NCBI GenBank assembly: GCA_964452145.1
Contig: CAYVLA010000004.1
Location: 39,980 to 103,979, forward strand
Origin: Candidatus Hadarchaeota archaeon
GTDB lineage: Archaea; CAYQAE01; CAYVLA01
Reading direction: 5' to 3'
DNA: 64,000 bases
Position 1 is the first letter of the stretch, and each line of letters begins with the position of its first letter. Position numbers and translations under genes: made by a program. This document shows positions 38,445 to 48,772 of this stretch, piece after piece. The notes below the pieces were generated by a model. That model worked only from the letters and a program-made list of their open reading frames with translations. It was not told where the DNA came from and did not search any database.

Positions 38445-38993
38445 ATGAAAGCCACTCCGAAAATCGAGGTCCAGAACATAGTGGCGTCGGTCGACCTCAA
38501 GACCGATCTTGATCTAGCCCGGCTTTCGGACGAATTGGAGGGGGCGGAGTACAACCCGGACAGCTTCCCGGCCCTCATAGTCAAGATCAAGTCGCCCAAG
38601 GTCTCTTTTCTGGTTTTCAGGAACGGGAAGGTGAACTGCACGGGAGCCAAGAGCATCCAGATGGCCCGAAGGGGGGTCAGCGAGCTGATCAGACGCCTAG
38701 AATCTCTGGGCATACAGATCAAGGCTGCACCCGAGATAGTGGTCACAAACGTCGTCGCAACGGTTGACCTGGGTGCCACCCTCAACCTGGACGAGATCGC
38801 CCTCAATATCGAGAACATCGAGTACGAGCCCGAGCAGTTCCCGGGACTGGTCTACAAACCCTACGGATCCAATATCTCGGTTCTGGTATTCGGAACGGGC
38901 AAGCTCGTCCTCGCCGGCATGAAGCACGCCTCTGACGCTGACGAAATAGTGAGCGGGCTGATGGAGCGGCTCGGAGCCCTAGGGCTGATGTAG
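38445..38993 (+). CDS. tbp: TATA-box binding protein
   Basis: Two repeats: NIVAS..EYNPDSFPAL..FRNGK and NVVAT..EYEPEQFPGL..FGTGK. Confidence 0.97.
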   Translation: MKATPKIEVQNIVASVDLKTDLDLARLSDELEGAEYNPDSFPALIVKIKSPKVSFLVFRNGKVNCTGAKSIQMARRGVSELIRRLESLGIQIKAAPEIVVTNVVATVDLGATLNLDEIALNIENIEYEPEQFPGLVYKPYGSNISVLVFGTGKLVLAGMKHASDADEIVSGLMERLGALGLM

Positions 38994-39058
38994 CATACCT
39001 CCGGCGCCGCGCGGGCCTGCCCAGCCTTACTCCGTGTCTTGCTCAGGACCGGGAGGAT

Positions 39059-40747
39059 CTAGTCGAAGTCCGTATCGGTGCTGGTGTCCTTATCCTCGTC
39101 CTCATCCTCGCCGCCGGTCTTCTTCTCGCCGGCTCCGGCGCCCCCGCCTGCCTTGGAGGATATGACATCATCTATCCTCAGAAGCATGGATACGGCTTCG
39201 GTCGCAGACTTGACCGCCTGTTGCTTGACCGAGACGGGCTCGATGACGCTGAGCATCTTCATGTCCGCCACCTTCTTGTTAATGACATCTAGCCCGGTGG
39301 ACGGGCCCTTCTCGCTGGATTGTGCGATTAGGTCCTGGAGCGTGTCTATGGGATCCATCCCACCGTTTTCCGCAAGGGTCCTGGGGATCTGCTTGATCGC
39401 ATCGACGAAACCTTCAACCGCCAGGCCTTCCCTTCCCCCGGTGGATTTTGCGAACTGCTGAAGCCGGGCAGCCAGCGCTATCTCGCAGGCCCCACCGCCG
39501 TATACGATCCTCGGATCCCGGGCCACGTCACCAACAACCGAAACCGCATCGTGAAGAGCCCTCTCGGTCTCGTCGACCACATGCTCGGTGCCTCCCCTGA
39601 CCAGAATCGTGACTGCCTTGGGATCCTTGCAGTCCTCTACAAACACCATATCATCGCCGGCGATCTTCCTCTCCTCAACAAGCCCGGCGTATCCCAGGTC
39701 ATCGGCGGAGAGTTCCTGAACACTGGTCACGATCGTCGCCCCGGTGGCCTTGGAGAGCTTCTCCACATCGCTCTTCTTGACCCTTCGGGCAGCCATGATT
39801 CCGGCCTTAGCCAGGTAGTGCTGAGCCAGGTCGTCGATGCCCTTCTGACACATCACCACATTGGCCCCGCTCTGCACGATTCCGTCCACCATGTCCTTCA
39901 GCATCTGCTCCTCCTGATCAAGGAACTTCTCGAGCATGGTTGGGTCCGAGATGTCTATCTTGGCGTCGGTTTCGGTGTCCTTGACTTCGAGGGCGCAACT
40001 CAGGACCGCGATCTTGGCGTCCTTGACCCTCTTCGGCATTCCGGGGTGGACCCTCTCCTTGTCGACAAGGATGCCCCGAATGAGCTGCGAGTCTCCTACC
40101 GTCCCGCCCTCCTTCTTCTCAATCTTCACGTAGTCGATATCAAAATCGTAAGCCCGAGGCTCGCCTTTCTTGGCCCTCTTCTCACTGACGACCTGCCTCA
40201 CGGCCTTCACGGCTAGCTCGGCAAGATGAGCCGATGCGGTTTCCGCGCCCTTGCCCGACATGGAAGTCATGGCGACCTTCTTGAGCGTCTCCTCGTCGTC
40301 GGGATCGACCCTCTCCGCCAGATCGTCCAGAATGCTGAGGGCCTTCTCCTCGGCCGATCTGTAGCCCTGGACTATGACCGTGGGGTGGATGTGTTGGTTC
40401 AGCATCTCCTCGGCCTTCTTCAGGAGCTCGCCCGCGAGGACGACGGCCGTTGTGGTTCCGTCGCCCACCTCCTCGTCCTGGGCCTTCGCGACCTCAACCA
40501 TCATCTTGGCTGCTGGATGCTCAACATCCATCTCGTCCAGTATCGTCGCACCATCGTTGGTGATGACCACGTCTCCGAGGGTATCGACGAGCATCTTGTC
40601 CATACCTCTCGGCCCTAGCGTGGACTTCACGGCTTCGGCAATGATCTTGCCCGCCATGATGTTGTTCGACTGGGCGTCCCTTCCTCTCTTTCTCTCAGCT
40701 CCCTCCTTCAGGATGAGCACCGGAGTACCTGCCAGTTGTCCTGCCAT
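39059..40747 (-). CDS. ths: Thermosome (group II chaperonin) subunit
   Basis: [31 protein letters not shown]. Confidence 0.98.
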   Translation of the reverse strand: MAGQLAGTPVLILKEGAERKRGRDAQSNNIMAGKIIAEAVKSTLGPRGMDKMLVDTLGDVVITNDGATILDEMDVEHPAAKMMVEVAKAQDEEVGDGTTTAVVLAGELLKKAEEMLNQHIHPTVIVQGYRSAEEKALSILDDLAERVDPDDEETLKKVAMTSMSGKGAETASAHLAELAVKAVRQVVSEKRAKKGEPRAYDFDIDYVKIEKKEGGTVGDSQLIRGILVDKERVHPGMPKRVKDAKIAVLSCALEVKDTETDAKIDISDPTMLEKFLDQEEQMLKDMVDGIVQSGANVVMCQKGIDDLAQHYLAKAGIMAARRVKKSDVEKLSKATGATIVTSVQELSADDLGYAGLVEERKIAGDDMVFVEDCKDPKAVTILVRGGTEHVVDETERALHDAVSVVGDVARDPRIVYGGGACEIALAARLQQFAKSTGGREGLAVEGFVDAIKQIPRTLAENGGMDPIDTLQDLIAQSSEKGPSTGLDVINKKVADMKMLSVIEPVSVKQQAVKSATEAVSMLLRIDDVISSKAGGGAGAGEKKTGGEDEDEDKDTSTDTDFD

Positions 40748-41052
40748 TCGGAATCACCTTCAGTAAGGCTCATGCCTTGACGGTCCGCTGAAAAGTGGAT
40801 GACTTCTTGGTTATATATAAATCTTCCCAGCCGTCCGTCAGCCGTTTTCAGGCGCTGCAGATCGGTTGGGGTGTGAGAAGGCCTGACCGAAGCAGGATCA
40901 TTTGCTCTGCCCTAGGCCTGCTCAATGAGTCCCAACCCGGCATCCTTCTACTAGGACAATGCTTGCGGTGATCCCAGCGAATCCGAGTAGACCGGCAGCG
41001 ATATACTAAGAGAAGGCACCCGTCCCGCGCGTATCCCCCCATTATACGCATC

Positions 41053-43290
41053 CTACTTCGAGGGGTACTGCTGCTCGACCCAGCTCTTTATCCTGGGCGC
41101 AAGAACCGGTCCTATCTTGGGAACCATGGCCAGTTCGGCGGTCGTGGCCCTGCTGATATCCCCTAGGCCTCTGTAGCCCGCCTTTATCAGCTCCCTTCCC
41201 CTCACGCGTCCGACCTGCGGTATCGATACCAATGGCAGCACCTCCTCCTTCACCCCGTATCTCATCCGGACCCTCAGCCTCTCGATTTCGGGTCTGCCCC
41301 CGGACCTCAGAAGCCTAGCGATCTCGCTTGCTGCATAGAGGATCCAGTCCGCCGTCTCCAATTTGCTCCTCAGCCCGCCGGGGGGGACGCCGAAGCGTTC
41401 CATGATGGCATCCTCCCCTGCCTCGTTGATCCAGGCCTCGAACATCAAACCGGTGCGAAGGGCTCGCAGGAATTCCTCGTACTCGTATCCCCACTCGTTG
41501 GGCACGGCCACGAGGTTCTTTCCCTCCAGATCCTCCATCTTTTCCTCCAACTCGGTCCAGTCCGACCCCAAGCGCAGCAGAGGCCTCATCTCCACGGTGT
41601 AGCAGATCATGACAAGTAGGGCGAGCTCTCCGATCTTTCGCTTCATCTTCTTCCTCTCCCGCAGGGCCTGGCAGAGCCTGTAGCCGGTATCCGGATCGAT
41701 GTACAGCTCCGAGACCCTCTTGCCAATCGGGGTTGGGAGATATGCTGAGTCCTTGATCTGTATGAACTCGTAGTCGGCCAGCTCCCGAACTACGCCCTCA
41801 ATCTTGGCCTCCACCTCCTCGCTGCTTCCGTACTGATGGCCGTAGAATGTTGCCAGCATCATGCCGGTCAGGTCCTCCCATCTGCGAGCGAAGCCCGATG
41901 CGATCAAGCCCAGCACATGCATTCTCAGAACTGGCTCCAAGGCGATCTTGGACTGGATGTCCTCTATCCTGCCGTTGATGAAGATCTGCTCGATGGCGGT
42001 CTCCTCGGCCTCCGACTTTGCGATTGAGATGGCCTCCCCGTGATCGTCGTACTGGGGTCTGCCCGCCCGGCCGCACATCTGCTTGTACTCAAGCACGGGG
42101 ATGTATTCGGACGAGAAGCCCGAGAACCTCTTCAGGTCACGGATCACAACCCTCATCGCGGGCAGGTTGACTCCGTACACCAGGGTGGGCGTCGCGGCGA
42201 CGACCTTCACTAGGCCCGACCGGAAGGCATCCTCTATCATCCTCTTCTGCTCGCTTGTCTCCCCGGCGTGATGGAAGGCTGCGCCCCGCCTCACCACGCT
42301 TGCCAGCCGTCTGCACTGTTCGGTGGGATAGCCTACCGCTGAAAGGATCCCGTCCGCCAGATCGGAGAGCCTCAGACGCTCCTCCTCGGTGAGCAGCGGA
42401 CCGATGGCCAACGCGGCATCCTCGGACAGTCGTTCGGCCCCCCGCCTTGAATTCGCGAAGAGGAGTGCCTGCTTTCCCCTCGCGACCACGTCGCACGCCA
42501 GCCTGACTGCCGGGGGCCCCTCCATGCTCTGAACCTCCTCGAAACGCTCATGCCCGTCCTCGACGTAGCGAATCGTCTTGTTCCTGTAGATCCCCTGGCT
42601 CAGTTTGACCGGCCGCCAATCGGAAGCTACCAGATCAGCGTCCAGCCACTTCGCCACCTGCTCCGGGTTTCCCACCGTTGCCGACAGCGCCAGTATTCTG
42701 GTCCTGGGATTCATCTTCCGGAACTTCGTTATGACGATCTCAAGGGTCGGGCCACGATCCTCGGCGTCCAGCAGATGGACCTCGTCCACGACCACGACCC
42801 CGACGTCGTCGAACCACATCGGCCTGGATCTGAGTATGGAGTCGCATCGCTCAGAGGTGGTGACCAGGATGTCGAATCTCAGGGAGAATGGGGACTTGGA
42901 GAGGTCACGATCGCCGCTCTGAATGCTCACACGGTATCCCAACGCACCGTATCTGCTTCTGAATTCCTCGTACTTCTCGTTGGCCAGGGCTCTCAGAGGC
43001 ACTATGTAGACCGCCTTCCGAGAGGACTCGATCAGGCTCTTCAACATGGCCATCTCAGCCACTGCCGTCTTGCCGCTGGCGGTGGCGGAACAGATCACCA
43101 TGTTCCTGTCGCCAAGGATTCCCTTCTCGACGGCGAGGCTTTGTAAGGGGTTCAGGTCTGAGTACCCCGATCTCTCCATAACCAGTCTGGTGATATCCGG
43201 CAATCCCTCGACCAGATCCGGCTTGGACGCCTCCTTCCCGCCTTCCCCGAAATGGGTCTGGCGTCTCGATGCCCTCCTGACCAGTCTCAA
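41053..43290 (-). CDS. hel308: Ski2-like DNA helicase Hel308/Hjm
   Basis: TASGKT, DEVH, LSAT, FHHAG, GRAGRP and a C-terminal HhH with IPQVGRVRGR. Confidence 0.95.
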   Translation of the reverse strand: MRLVRRASRRQTHFGEGGKEASKPDLVEGLPDITRLVMERSGYSDLNPLQSLAVEKGILGDRNMVICSATASGKTAVAEMAMLKSLIESSRKAVYIVPLRALANEKYEEFRSRYGALGYRVSIQSGDRDLSKSPFSLRFDILVTTSERCDSILRSRPMWFDDVGVVVVDEVHLLDAEDRGPTLEIVITKFRKMNPRTRILALSATVGNPEQVAKWLDADLVASDWRPVKLSQGIYRNKTIRYVEDGHERFEEVQSMEGPPAVRLACDVVARGKQALLFANSRRGAERLSEDAALAIGPLLTEEERLRLSDLADGILSAVGYPTEQCRRLASVVRRGAAFHHAGETSEQKRMIEDAFRSGLVKVVAATPTLVYGVNLPAMRVVIRDLKRFSGFSSEYIPVLEYKQMCGRAGRPQYDDHGEAISIAKSEAEETAIEQIFINGRIEDIQSKIALEPVLRMHVLGLIASGFARRWEDLTGMMLATFYGHQYGSSEEVEAKIEGVVRELADYEFIQIKDSAYLPTPIGKRVSELYIDPDTGYRLCQALRERKKMKRKIGELALLVMICYTVEMRPLLRLGSDWTELEEKMEDLEGKNLVAVPNEWGYEYEEFLRALRTGLMFEAWINEAGEDAIMERFGVPPGGLRSKLETADWILYAASEIARLLRSGGRPEIERLRVRMRYGVKEEVLPLVSIPQVGRVRGRELIKAGYRGLGDISRATTAELAMVPKIGPVLAPRIKSWVEQQYPSK

Positions 43291-43294
43291 CGGA

Positions 43295-44521
43295 TTAACA
43301 CCCGCCGCTATCCTGATATAGATCTTCGCGCATCATCGAGGCAAGCCTCATCTGGTGGTTGAACGCGCCGGATGCTAGGCCCTTCACCGTCATCCTTCCT
43401 ATCTCTCTGAGCACCTCCGGGCCCACGGGGGACGGATCCATCCCACCCACGGGGGCCCCTGCCAGAGGAAGGAAATGGTGGACTCTGACCCTTGCGCTCA
43501 GATCGATCAGCTGCCTCATGGCATCAATGGTCTGGAACTGGTCAAACTCGGTCTCACCGGGGAACCCTAGGATGAAATCCACAACCGGCCTTAGGCCGAC
43601 TTCCAGGATGATGTCACAGGCCCTGAATACGCAGTCCAAGTCATGGCCCCGGCTCATCTTCTCGAGCAGTCTGTCGGAGCCTGATTGGGCCCCAATGCTC
43701 ACCGTCCTATTGTCGGCATATTCGGATATGAGTTGGACCATGCGCTCCGTTACGAAGTCGGGACGGGCCTCGCTCGGAAAGGAGCTCAGGAAGATCCTCT
43801 TCTCACCCTCTAAGTCCCTGAGCGCCCGGAGCAGACGCTCCACCGCATCCTCGTTGGGCTCCCGCGAAAAGGAGCCGTAGCCGAGTGAATTGGGCGAGAT
43901 GAAGCGAAAGTCCCATCGGGAGACGAGCTTCACGAGCCTCCTCCCGGTCCGGATGATCGATTCAACCGATCTGTGCCTGACCGATCCGAATATGCACGGG
44001 ACCGAGCAGTAGCCGCACTTGAAGAGGCAACCTCTGGTTATCTCCATCGGAGGAAACAACCCTCGGGAGAACGATACCGGGGGGAACCGGTCCAAATCCT
44101 CCAGCCGCTTGCCTTCTACTATCCCTGTCAACTCGCGGCCCTGTCGGCTGATGAGGTCCTCAATGATCTGGGGGAGAATCAACTCCCCTTCACCTCTCAC
44201 CACCAGGTCAAAGCCAAGCCGGAGTGCGTCGTCAGGCAACCCAGTGGGGTGAGCACCTCCGGCGATCAACTTGACGCCCCGGCCGAACTCGGATCGGATC
44301 CCCGAGACCAGGTCCTGGATTCGGCGCCTCTGGCTGGTGAAAAACGAGACCAACACGATGATCGGATCATGCTTGCCCGAGATCGTCCTCAGGTCTTGGA
44401 TCGGGTCGCTGCTCAGCATGATATCGGCCTGGACTCCCGACCCGTCCAAGCTGTTGACCAGCGGAACAAAGCTGTACCAGTTCTTCCTATCCATGCAAAG
44501 AAGCACGGCCGGTCGACCCAA
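43295..44521 (-). CDS. B12-binding domain / radical SAM protein
   Basis: GGAHPT, GEGE, RGCLFKCGYC, FPSEARPD, GAQSGS. Confidence 0.92.
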   Translation of the reverse strand: MGRPAVLLCMDRKNWYSFVPLVNSLDGSGVQADIMLSSDPIQDLRTISGKHDPIIVLVSFFTSQRRRIQDLVSGIRSEFGRGVKLIAGGAHPTGLPDDALRLGFDLVVRGEGELILPQIIEDLISRQGRELTGIVEGKRLEDLDRFPPVSFSRGLFPPMEITRGCLFKCGYCSVPCIFGSVRHRSVESIIRTGRRLVKLVSRWDFRFISPNSLGYGSFSREPNEDAVERLLRALRDLEGEKRIFLSSFPSEARPDFVTERMVQLISEYADNRTVSIGAQSGSDRLLEKMSRGHDLDCVFRACDIILEVGLRPVVDFILGFPGETEFDQFQTIDAMRQLIDLSARVRVHHFLPLAGAPVGGMDPSPVGPEVLREIGRMTVKGLASGAFNHQMRLASMMREDLYQDSGGC

Positions 44522-44536
44522 GGATCCCCACCTTTC

Positions 44537-45685
44537 CTAGATATCGAGCAAGCACAGCAGATCGCCGAGTCGGCCCTCGGGCAGCACACCGCTGGCGTAG
44601 ATCTTCACAACGCCACCTTTGTTGAAGGCTATGCCAGTGCCGGCATCCCTGACTATGTCTATGTCGTTGGCACCATCTCCGATGGCCACCACTTCCTCAA
44701 GGGTTAGGCCCAGTCCCTCGGCTATCTCGCGCATCCTATTCTTCTTTTCACCCGAATCCACGATCTGGCCCCTGACGTTTCCGGTCAGACGCCCCTCCTT
44801 GATCTCCACATCATTCCCGACGGAGTAATCCATCCCCAGCCTGTCTCGCGCCCTGTCGGTGAAGAAGGTGAAAGCCCCGCTGAGGATTGCGGTCCTGATT
44901 CCACGCATTCGCAGCTCGGTCAGCAACCTCGTCACCTCCCTCGTGGGGCGTATCCCTCTCCAGATCTCCTCAAGCTCCTCCTCCCGGACTCCCCGCAGCA
45001 GTCCGACCCTCTGTATGAAGGAGCGCTTGTAGTCCAGCTGACCCAACATGGCGGCCTGGGTTATCCTTGCGACCTCGTCCGCCTTCCCCGCCTTCCGGGC
45101 CACCTCGATTATCAACTCCTCGCTGACAAGGGTGCTGTCAAGATCAAAACAGGCCAGGCCCTTGCGTTTCCGGAACAGGGACAGGGGTTGGACCAGCATC
45201 CCGACCCCAAGCTTCTCGGCCAGGTCGAGGAAGCGGATGCGCCTGGACTCGAAGGCGGTGTGTCCCGCAACCGTAAGCCTCAAGTTCAGGACGGCTGGTT
45301 CGACCCCGTCAATACCCATTTCGACGAAATCGGCCCCGCCCACCTCCATAGAAACCTGGGCCGTCAGTTGCAGGAGCCGTCCCAGGGATCTCTCTAGCAT
45401 TGGCCTTGGCCCAACGACCCTGACGATCCAGTCCGTCCCGACGGGAGCCTCGGTTAACGGTACAAAGTCCTCGGTTTTCACGGATACTCCCGGACCGATG
45501 ACCTCGGCAATCCTTTGGCTCGACGTGGGCGAGTCCAGGGTCACGAAGAGATGGCTCTGTCTTCTCCGGGCCGCGATGGGATGGAATCCCCGGGACACGA
45601 GCTGCAGCAGCTTGTCCAAGCCCGATTCGGCCAGCCCAACGTCGATGAGGAAGACGGTGCCCCTGGGGGCCATGAAGCCGGGCAC
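44537..45685 (-). CDS. serB: Phosphoserine phosphatase with N-terminal regulatory region
   Basis: HAD motifs FDLDSTL, SGAF and GDGAND. Confidence 0.9.
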   Translation of the reverse strand: MPGFMAPRGTVFLIDVGLAESGLDKLLQLVSRGFHPIAARRRQSHLFVTLDSPTSSQRIAEVIGPGVSVKTEDFVPLTEAPVGTDWIVRVVGPRPMLERSLGRLLQLTAQVSMEVGGADFVEMGIDGVEPAVLNLRLTVAGHTAFESRRIRFLDLAEKLGVGMLVQPLSLFRKRKGLACFDLDSTLVSEELIIEVARKAGKADEVARITQAAMLGQLDYKRSFIQRVGLLRGVREEELEEIWRGIRPTREVTRLLTELRMRGIRTAILSGAFTFFTDRARDRLGMDYSVGNDVEIKEGRLTGNVRGQIVDSGEKKNRMREIAEGLGLTLEEVVAIGDGANDIDIVRDAGTGIAFNKGGVVKIYASGVLPEGRLGDLLCLLDI

Positions 45686-45806
45686 CCGGGCATGCTCTAT
45701 TATATATTACCGGGTCCGCAGCGGGGCTTGACGGCGACTGCCAACATTCAGGCAAGCCCACATCCCGCCCATTTCATTTTTCACTGCCTCCACCGGAGAC
45801 CTTCGG

Positions 45807-46904
45807 ATGTCTCTGCAAGGGGGCATGTCGCGTCGGGTCTTCCTGCAGGCGGCGGCAGCCGCCCCTTGCCTGGCTCTGCTTTCAGGAAGGCACACTTCCG
45901 GTCTGTCTTCATCTGACAAGGGTTCGGTTATAGTCGCCAAAAACGGGACCCCTGCTGAACTCGTCGCGGGCGCCCTAGAGCCACTCGGAGGAATGGGTGG
46001 CTTCGTCAGTGAGGGAGACCGCGTCCTAGTCAAGCCAAATGCCAGCTTCGGCGTTGCCCCCAACACTGGCGCCAACACCGCTCCGGAAGTCGCCTCAGCG
46101 GTGGCCATCCTAGCATTGGAGGCCGGGGCATCCAGGGTGGTCCTCACCGATCACCCGATAAGCAAGCCCGGTTCCATCACTGTGCAGATGAACGGTCTCA
46201 AACAGGCTGCAGAGGGCTGCGGGGGCGAGTTTCAGGTTCTGCAATCCAGCTCAGACTTCGAAAGCCTGGGGGTCGCGGGTGGAGAGGTCCTGAGGACGGT
46301 CGATGCGGCGAAGATCTATCGAGAGAGCGATGTTCTGATCAACCTCCCCGTACTCAAGCAGCATGATGCCACAGGCGCGTCCGTAGGGCTGAAGAACCTC
46401 ATGGGACTTGTGTATGATCGCGCACTGTTCCACAGGGAGGGACTGGACACCTGCATCGCCGAACTCTCCTTGGCGATAAGACCCGATCTAACCATCGTGG
46501 ATGCGACCAGGGTCCTCGTCACAAACGGGCCCCGGGGACCCGGTCAAGTGATAGAGATGGGTAGGGTCGTGGCCGGGGTCGATCCAGTGGCGGTCGACGT
46601 TGCGAGCCTCGGCCTGGCCTCCGACCTAGGCTATCAGGACTTCTCCATCGGCACGCGGAACGCCTATATCACCGTTGCCGATCGTCTCGCGGTGGGCGAT
46701 GGCAACCCGTCCTCTGTGGAAGCCAAGACCCTGGAAGTGGATGTACAGGGCACCTCCGGACCCCGTGTTGTTGACGGGGCGAGGGATGCGATGCCGGACT
46801 GGGTGCCTTACGTCTCGCTTTCCGCCGCCTCCATAGCTCTCGGCCTGGGCGCAACCATCCTCGACAGGAGGAAGACGAGGAGTGTCCAAACAGACAAAGG
46901 CTAA
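45807..46904 (+). CDS. Tat-exported DUF362 protein with C-terminal membrane anchor
   Basis: SRRVFL twin-Arg; VKPN, NLPVLKQH, GLKNLMG; C-terminal TM plus DRRK. Confidence 0.88.
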   Translation: MSLQGGMSRRVFLQAAAAAPCLALLSGRHTSGLSSSDKGSVIVAKNGTPAELVAGALEPLGGMGGFVSEGDRVLVKPNASFGVAPNTGANTAPEVASAVAILALEAGASRVVLTDHPISKPGSITVQMNGLKQAAEGCGGEFQVLQSSSDFESLGVAGGEVLRTVDAAKIYRESDVLINLPVLKQHDATGASVGLKNLMGLVYDRALFHREGLDTCIAELSLAIRPDLTIVDATRVLVTNGPRGPGQVIEMGRVVAGVDPVAVDVASLGLASDLGYQDFSIGTRNAYITVADRLAVGDGNPSSVEAKTLEVDVQGTSGPRVVDGARDAMPDWVPYVSLSAASIALGLGATILDRRKTRSVQTDKG

Positions 46905-47553
46905 CACGCCATTCGACCGCATCACTAGGCGGACCTTCGTCGCCACCGTCGGGGCAGGTGCAGCTCTCTCCGTGATGGGGATCGGGCCGACTAGAACCGG
47001 GCCCGCGATTCTCAGGCCTCCCGGAACCATAGAGGAGGCGGCCTTCCTTTCCCTCTGCGCCAGATGCGGCAGGTGCGTGTCCGTGTGCCCTAACTCGGCC
47101 CTGCAGCTCCAGGGACTTGGCAAAGGACTGTCCAATCTGATGACGCCTAGCATTGTGCCGACCCGGGGATACTGCATAATGCCCGTAAACGGCTGCCAGA
47201 ACTGCATTCAGGCGTGTCCGGCCAAGGTGCTCCAACCCCTCCCAATAGACGGGCTCGCCAGCCACGAGCTATCGCGGGTCCTGAAGATGGGAACCGCAGT
47301 TCTCGACACGAGCATCTGCATACCCCACGTCCTAAAGCAGCCATGCCTTGCATGCAAGGAGATCTGCCCGGTGGAAGGCGCGATAACAACCTACGGCGGC
47401 GAGGGAAGTGGCAGGGGGGCAGGCGTCCAGAATCCCCTGTTCCACCCCGACGTCTGCGTTGGGTGCGGGGCATGTGAGTTTGCGTGTCCGACGAACCCAA
47501 AGGCTGTGACGATCTCGAGCCAGGGCGCCAAGAGGACAGAGTGGGGGGGCTGA
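46882..47553 (+). CDS. MauM/NapG-type multi-[4Fe-4S] ferredoxin
   Basis: TRRTF Tat motif, LRPPG and several CxxCxxCxxxCP motifs. Confidence 0.92.
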   Translation: MSKQTKANTPFDRITRRTFVATVGAGAALSVMGIGPTRTGPAILRPPGTIEEAAFLSLCARCGRCVSVCPNSALQLQGLGKGLSNLMTPSIVPTRGYCIMPVNGCQNCIQACPAKVLQPLPIDGLASHELSRVLKMGTAVLDTSICIPHVLKQPCLACKEICPVEGAITTYGGEGSGRGAGVQNPLFHPDVCVGCGACEFACPTNPKAVTISSQGAKRTEWGG

Positions 47554-47554
47554 G

Positions 47555-48763
47555 TTGGCGCCGATCGCGGCGAAGGAAGGATCTCTTACCTCAACATTCA
47601 AGCTTGGATACCTGAGGCACATGGTGCAGGCTCAGATCCTGATAATGACCGTGTACGGTCTCGCGGTGGCCTCCTTTCCCATCCATGTTCTCTGGAGGGT
47701 GGATCCCCTCCTCGGAGCCTCCGCTGCACTTGCGGGGCAGCTTCTCCCAGTCAGGTTCCTCATCGCGGGATTGGCCATGCTTCTGGCCTCGATGGTCCTC
47801 GGACGGGCCTTCTGCGGTTGGATCTGTCCCCTGGGATTCGCCCAGGATCTTGTATATCCCATCAGGGAACTTGCCAGGAGGCTCGGCAGGGGTCCGGGGA
47901 TCTGCGACTACGGAGCACGCCCGAGCGGGCCACCCCACCTGATGATCTGCAGGGGCAAGGATGTCATCGGGCATGTCATCTGGGGCGGAGCAGGTATCGA
48001 CGATGCGGGACGGAGGCTCTCAGAGGATGGCAGACGGGAGGTGCTGGCAATGCTCCCTGATGACAGGAAGGGCTACCTAGAGCTCCGCGAGATCTGGCTC
48101 AGGAGCGAGTACAGGGGAAGGGACTACGAACTCAAGATCCTGAGGCTCTTTGAGGACTTCGCCAGAGGACGAGGTCATGCGGCGATCGTGGCAATGCCCA
48201 GGGATGGAGCGACCGTCTCGCTTCTCCGCAACGCAGGATACGAGGAAGTTGCCCTGGCGGGCAGCGACAGGGCCCTGTTCAGCTCGCTGGGGGGGAGGCT
48301 CTCGATTCCGGAGGGCCTCAGGTACATCAAGTACGCCCTCCTGCTGGGCGGTCTGATCATGGCAGCGGTTGCGGGTTGGACCATCCTGGAATGGCTCAAC
48401 CCCCTGTCGGTGGTCGCGAGGGCCCTGTCCCCCATCCATGGCCAGCGGCGGGGGCTGCTGCTTGGGATCGCGGCATTCACAGCGGCGATCCTGCTCACGG
48501 CCCTGACCGGGAGGAGGGCGTGGTGCAGGTATGTCTGCCCGCTGGGCGCGGTCCTGTCCCTGCCCTCGGCCAGGAAGCTCGTCGGAATCAAGCTGAACGA
48601 GCGAAGGTGCATCAGGTGTCTGAGATGCGAAGGAAGCTGCACCATGGGGATAATCGACGTCGAGGGGCAATCGGGTCTCAGGTGGGACTCCGAGTGCATA
48701 GCGTGCCTGAAGTGCCGCGATGTCTGCCCCGCAGACGCAATCGGACTGGAATGGCGAAAGTGA
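47555..48763 (+). CDS. NapH/MauN-type membrane Fe-S protein with an internal GNAT-like insertion
   Basis: GRAFCGWICPLG, WCRYVCPLGA and two C-terminal Fe-S motifs; ~140-aa soluble insert. Confidence 0.88.
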   Translation: MAPIAAKEGSLTSTFKLGYLRHMVQAQILIMTVYGLAVASFPIHVLWRVDPLLGASAALAGQLLPVRFLIAGLAMLLASMVLGRAFCGWICPLGFAQDLVYPIRELARRLGRGPGICDYGARPSGPPHLMICRGKDVIGHVIWGGAGIDDAGRRLSEDGRREVLAMLPDDRKGYLELREIWLRSEYRGRDYELKILRLFEDFARGRGHAAIVAMPRDGATVSLLRNAGYEEVALAGSDRALFSSLGGRLSIPEGLRYIKYALLLGGLIMAAVAGWTILEWLNPLSVVARALSPIHGQRRGLLLGIAAFTAAILLTALTGRRAWCRYVCPLGAVLSLPSARKLVGIKLNERRCIRCLRCEGSCTMGIIDVEGQSGLRWDSECIACLKCRDVCPADAIGLEWRK

Positions 48764-48772
48764 GGTATGTGG

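Noticed and set aside
40918..40960. ATGAGTCC...GGAC resembling a hammerhead core
   Set aside because: Lacks the CUGANGA and GAAA catalytic motifs.
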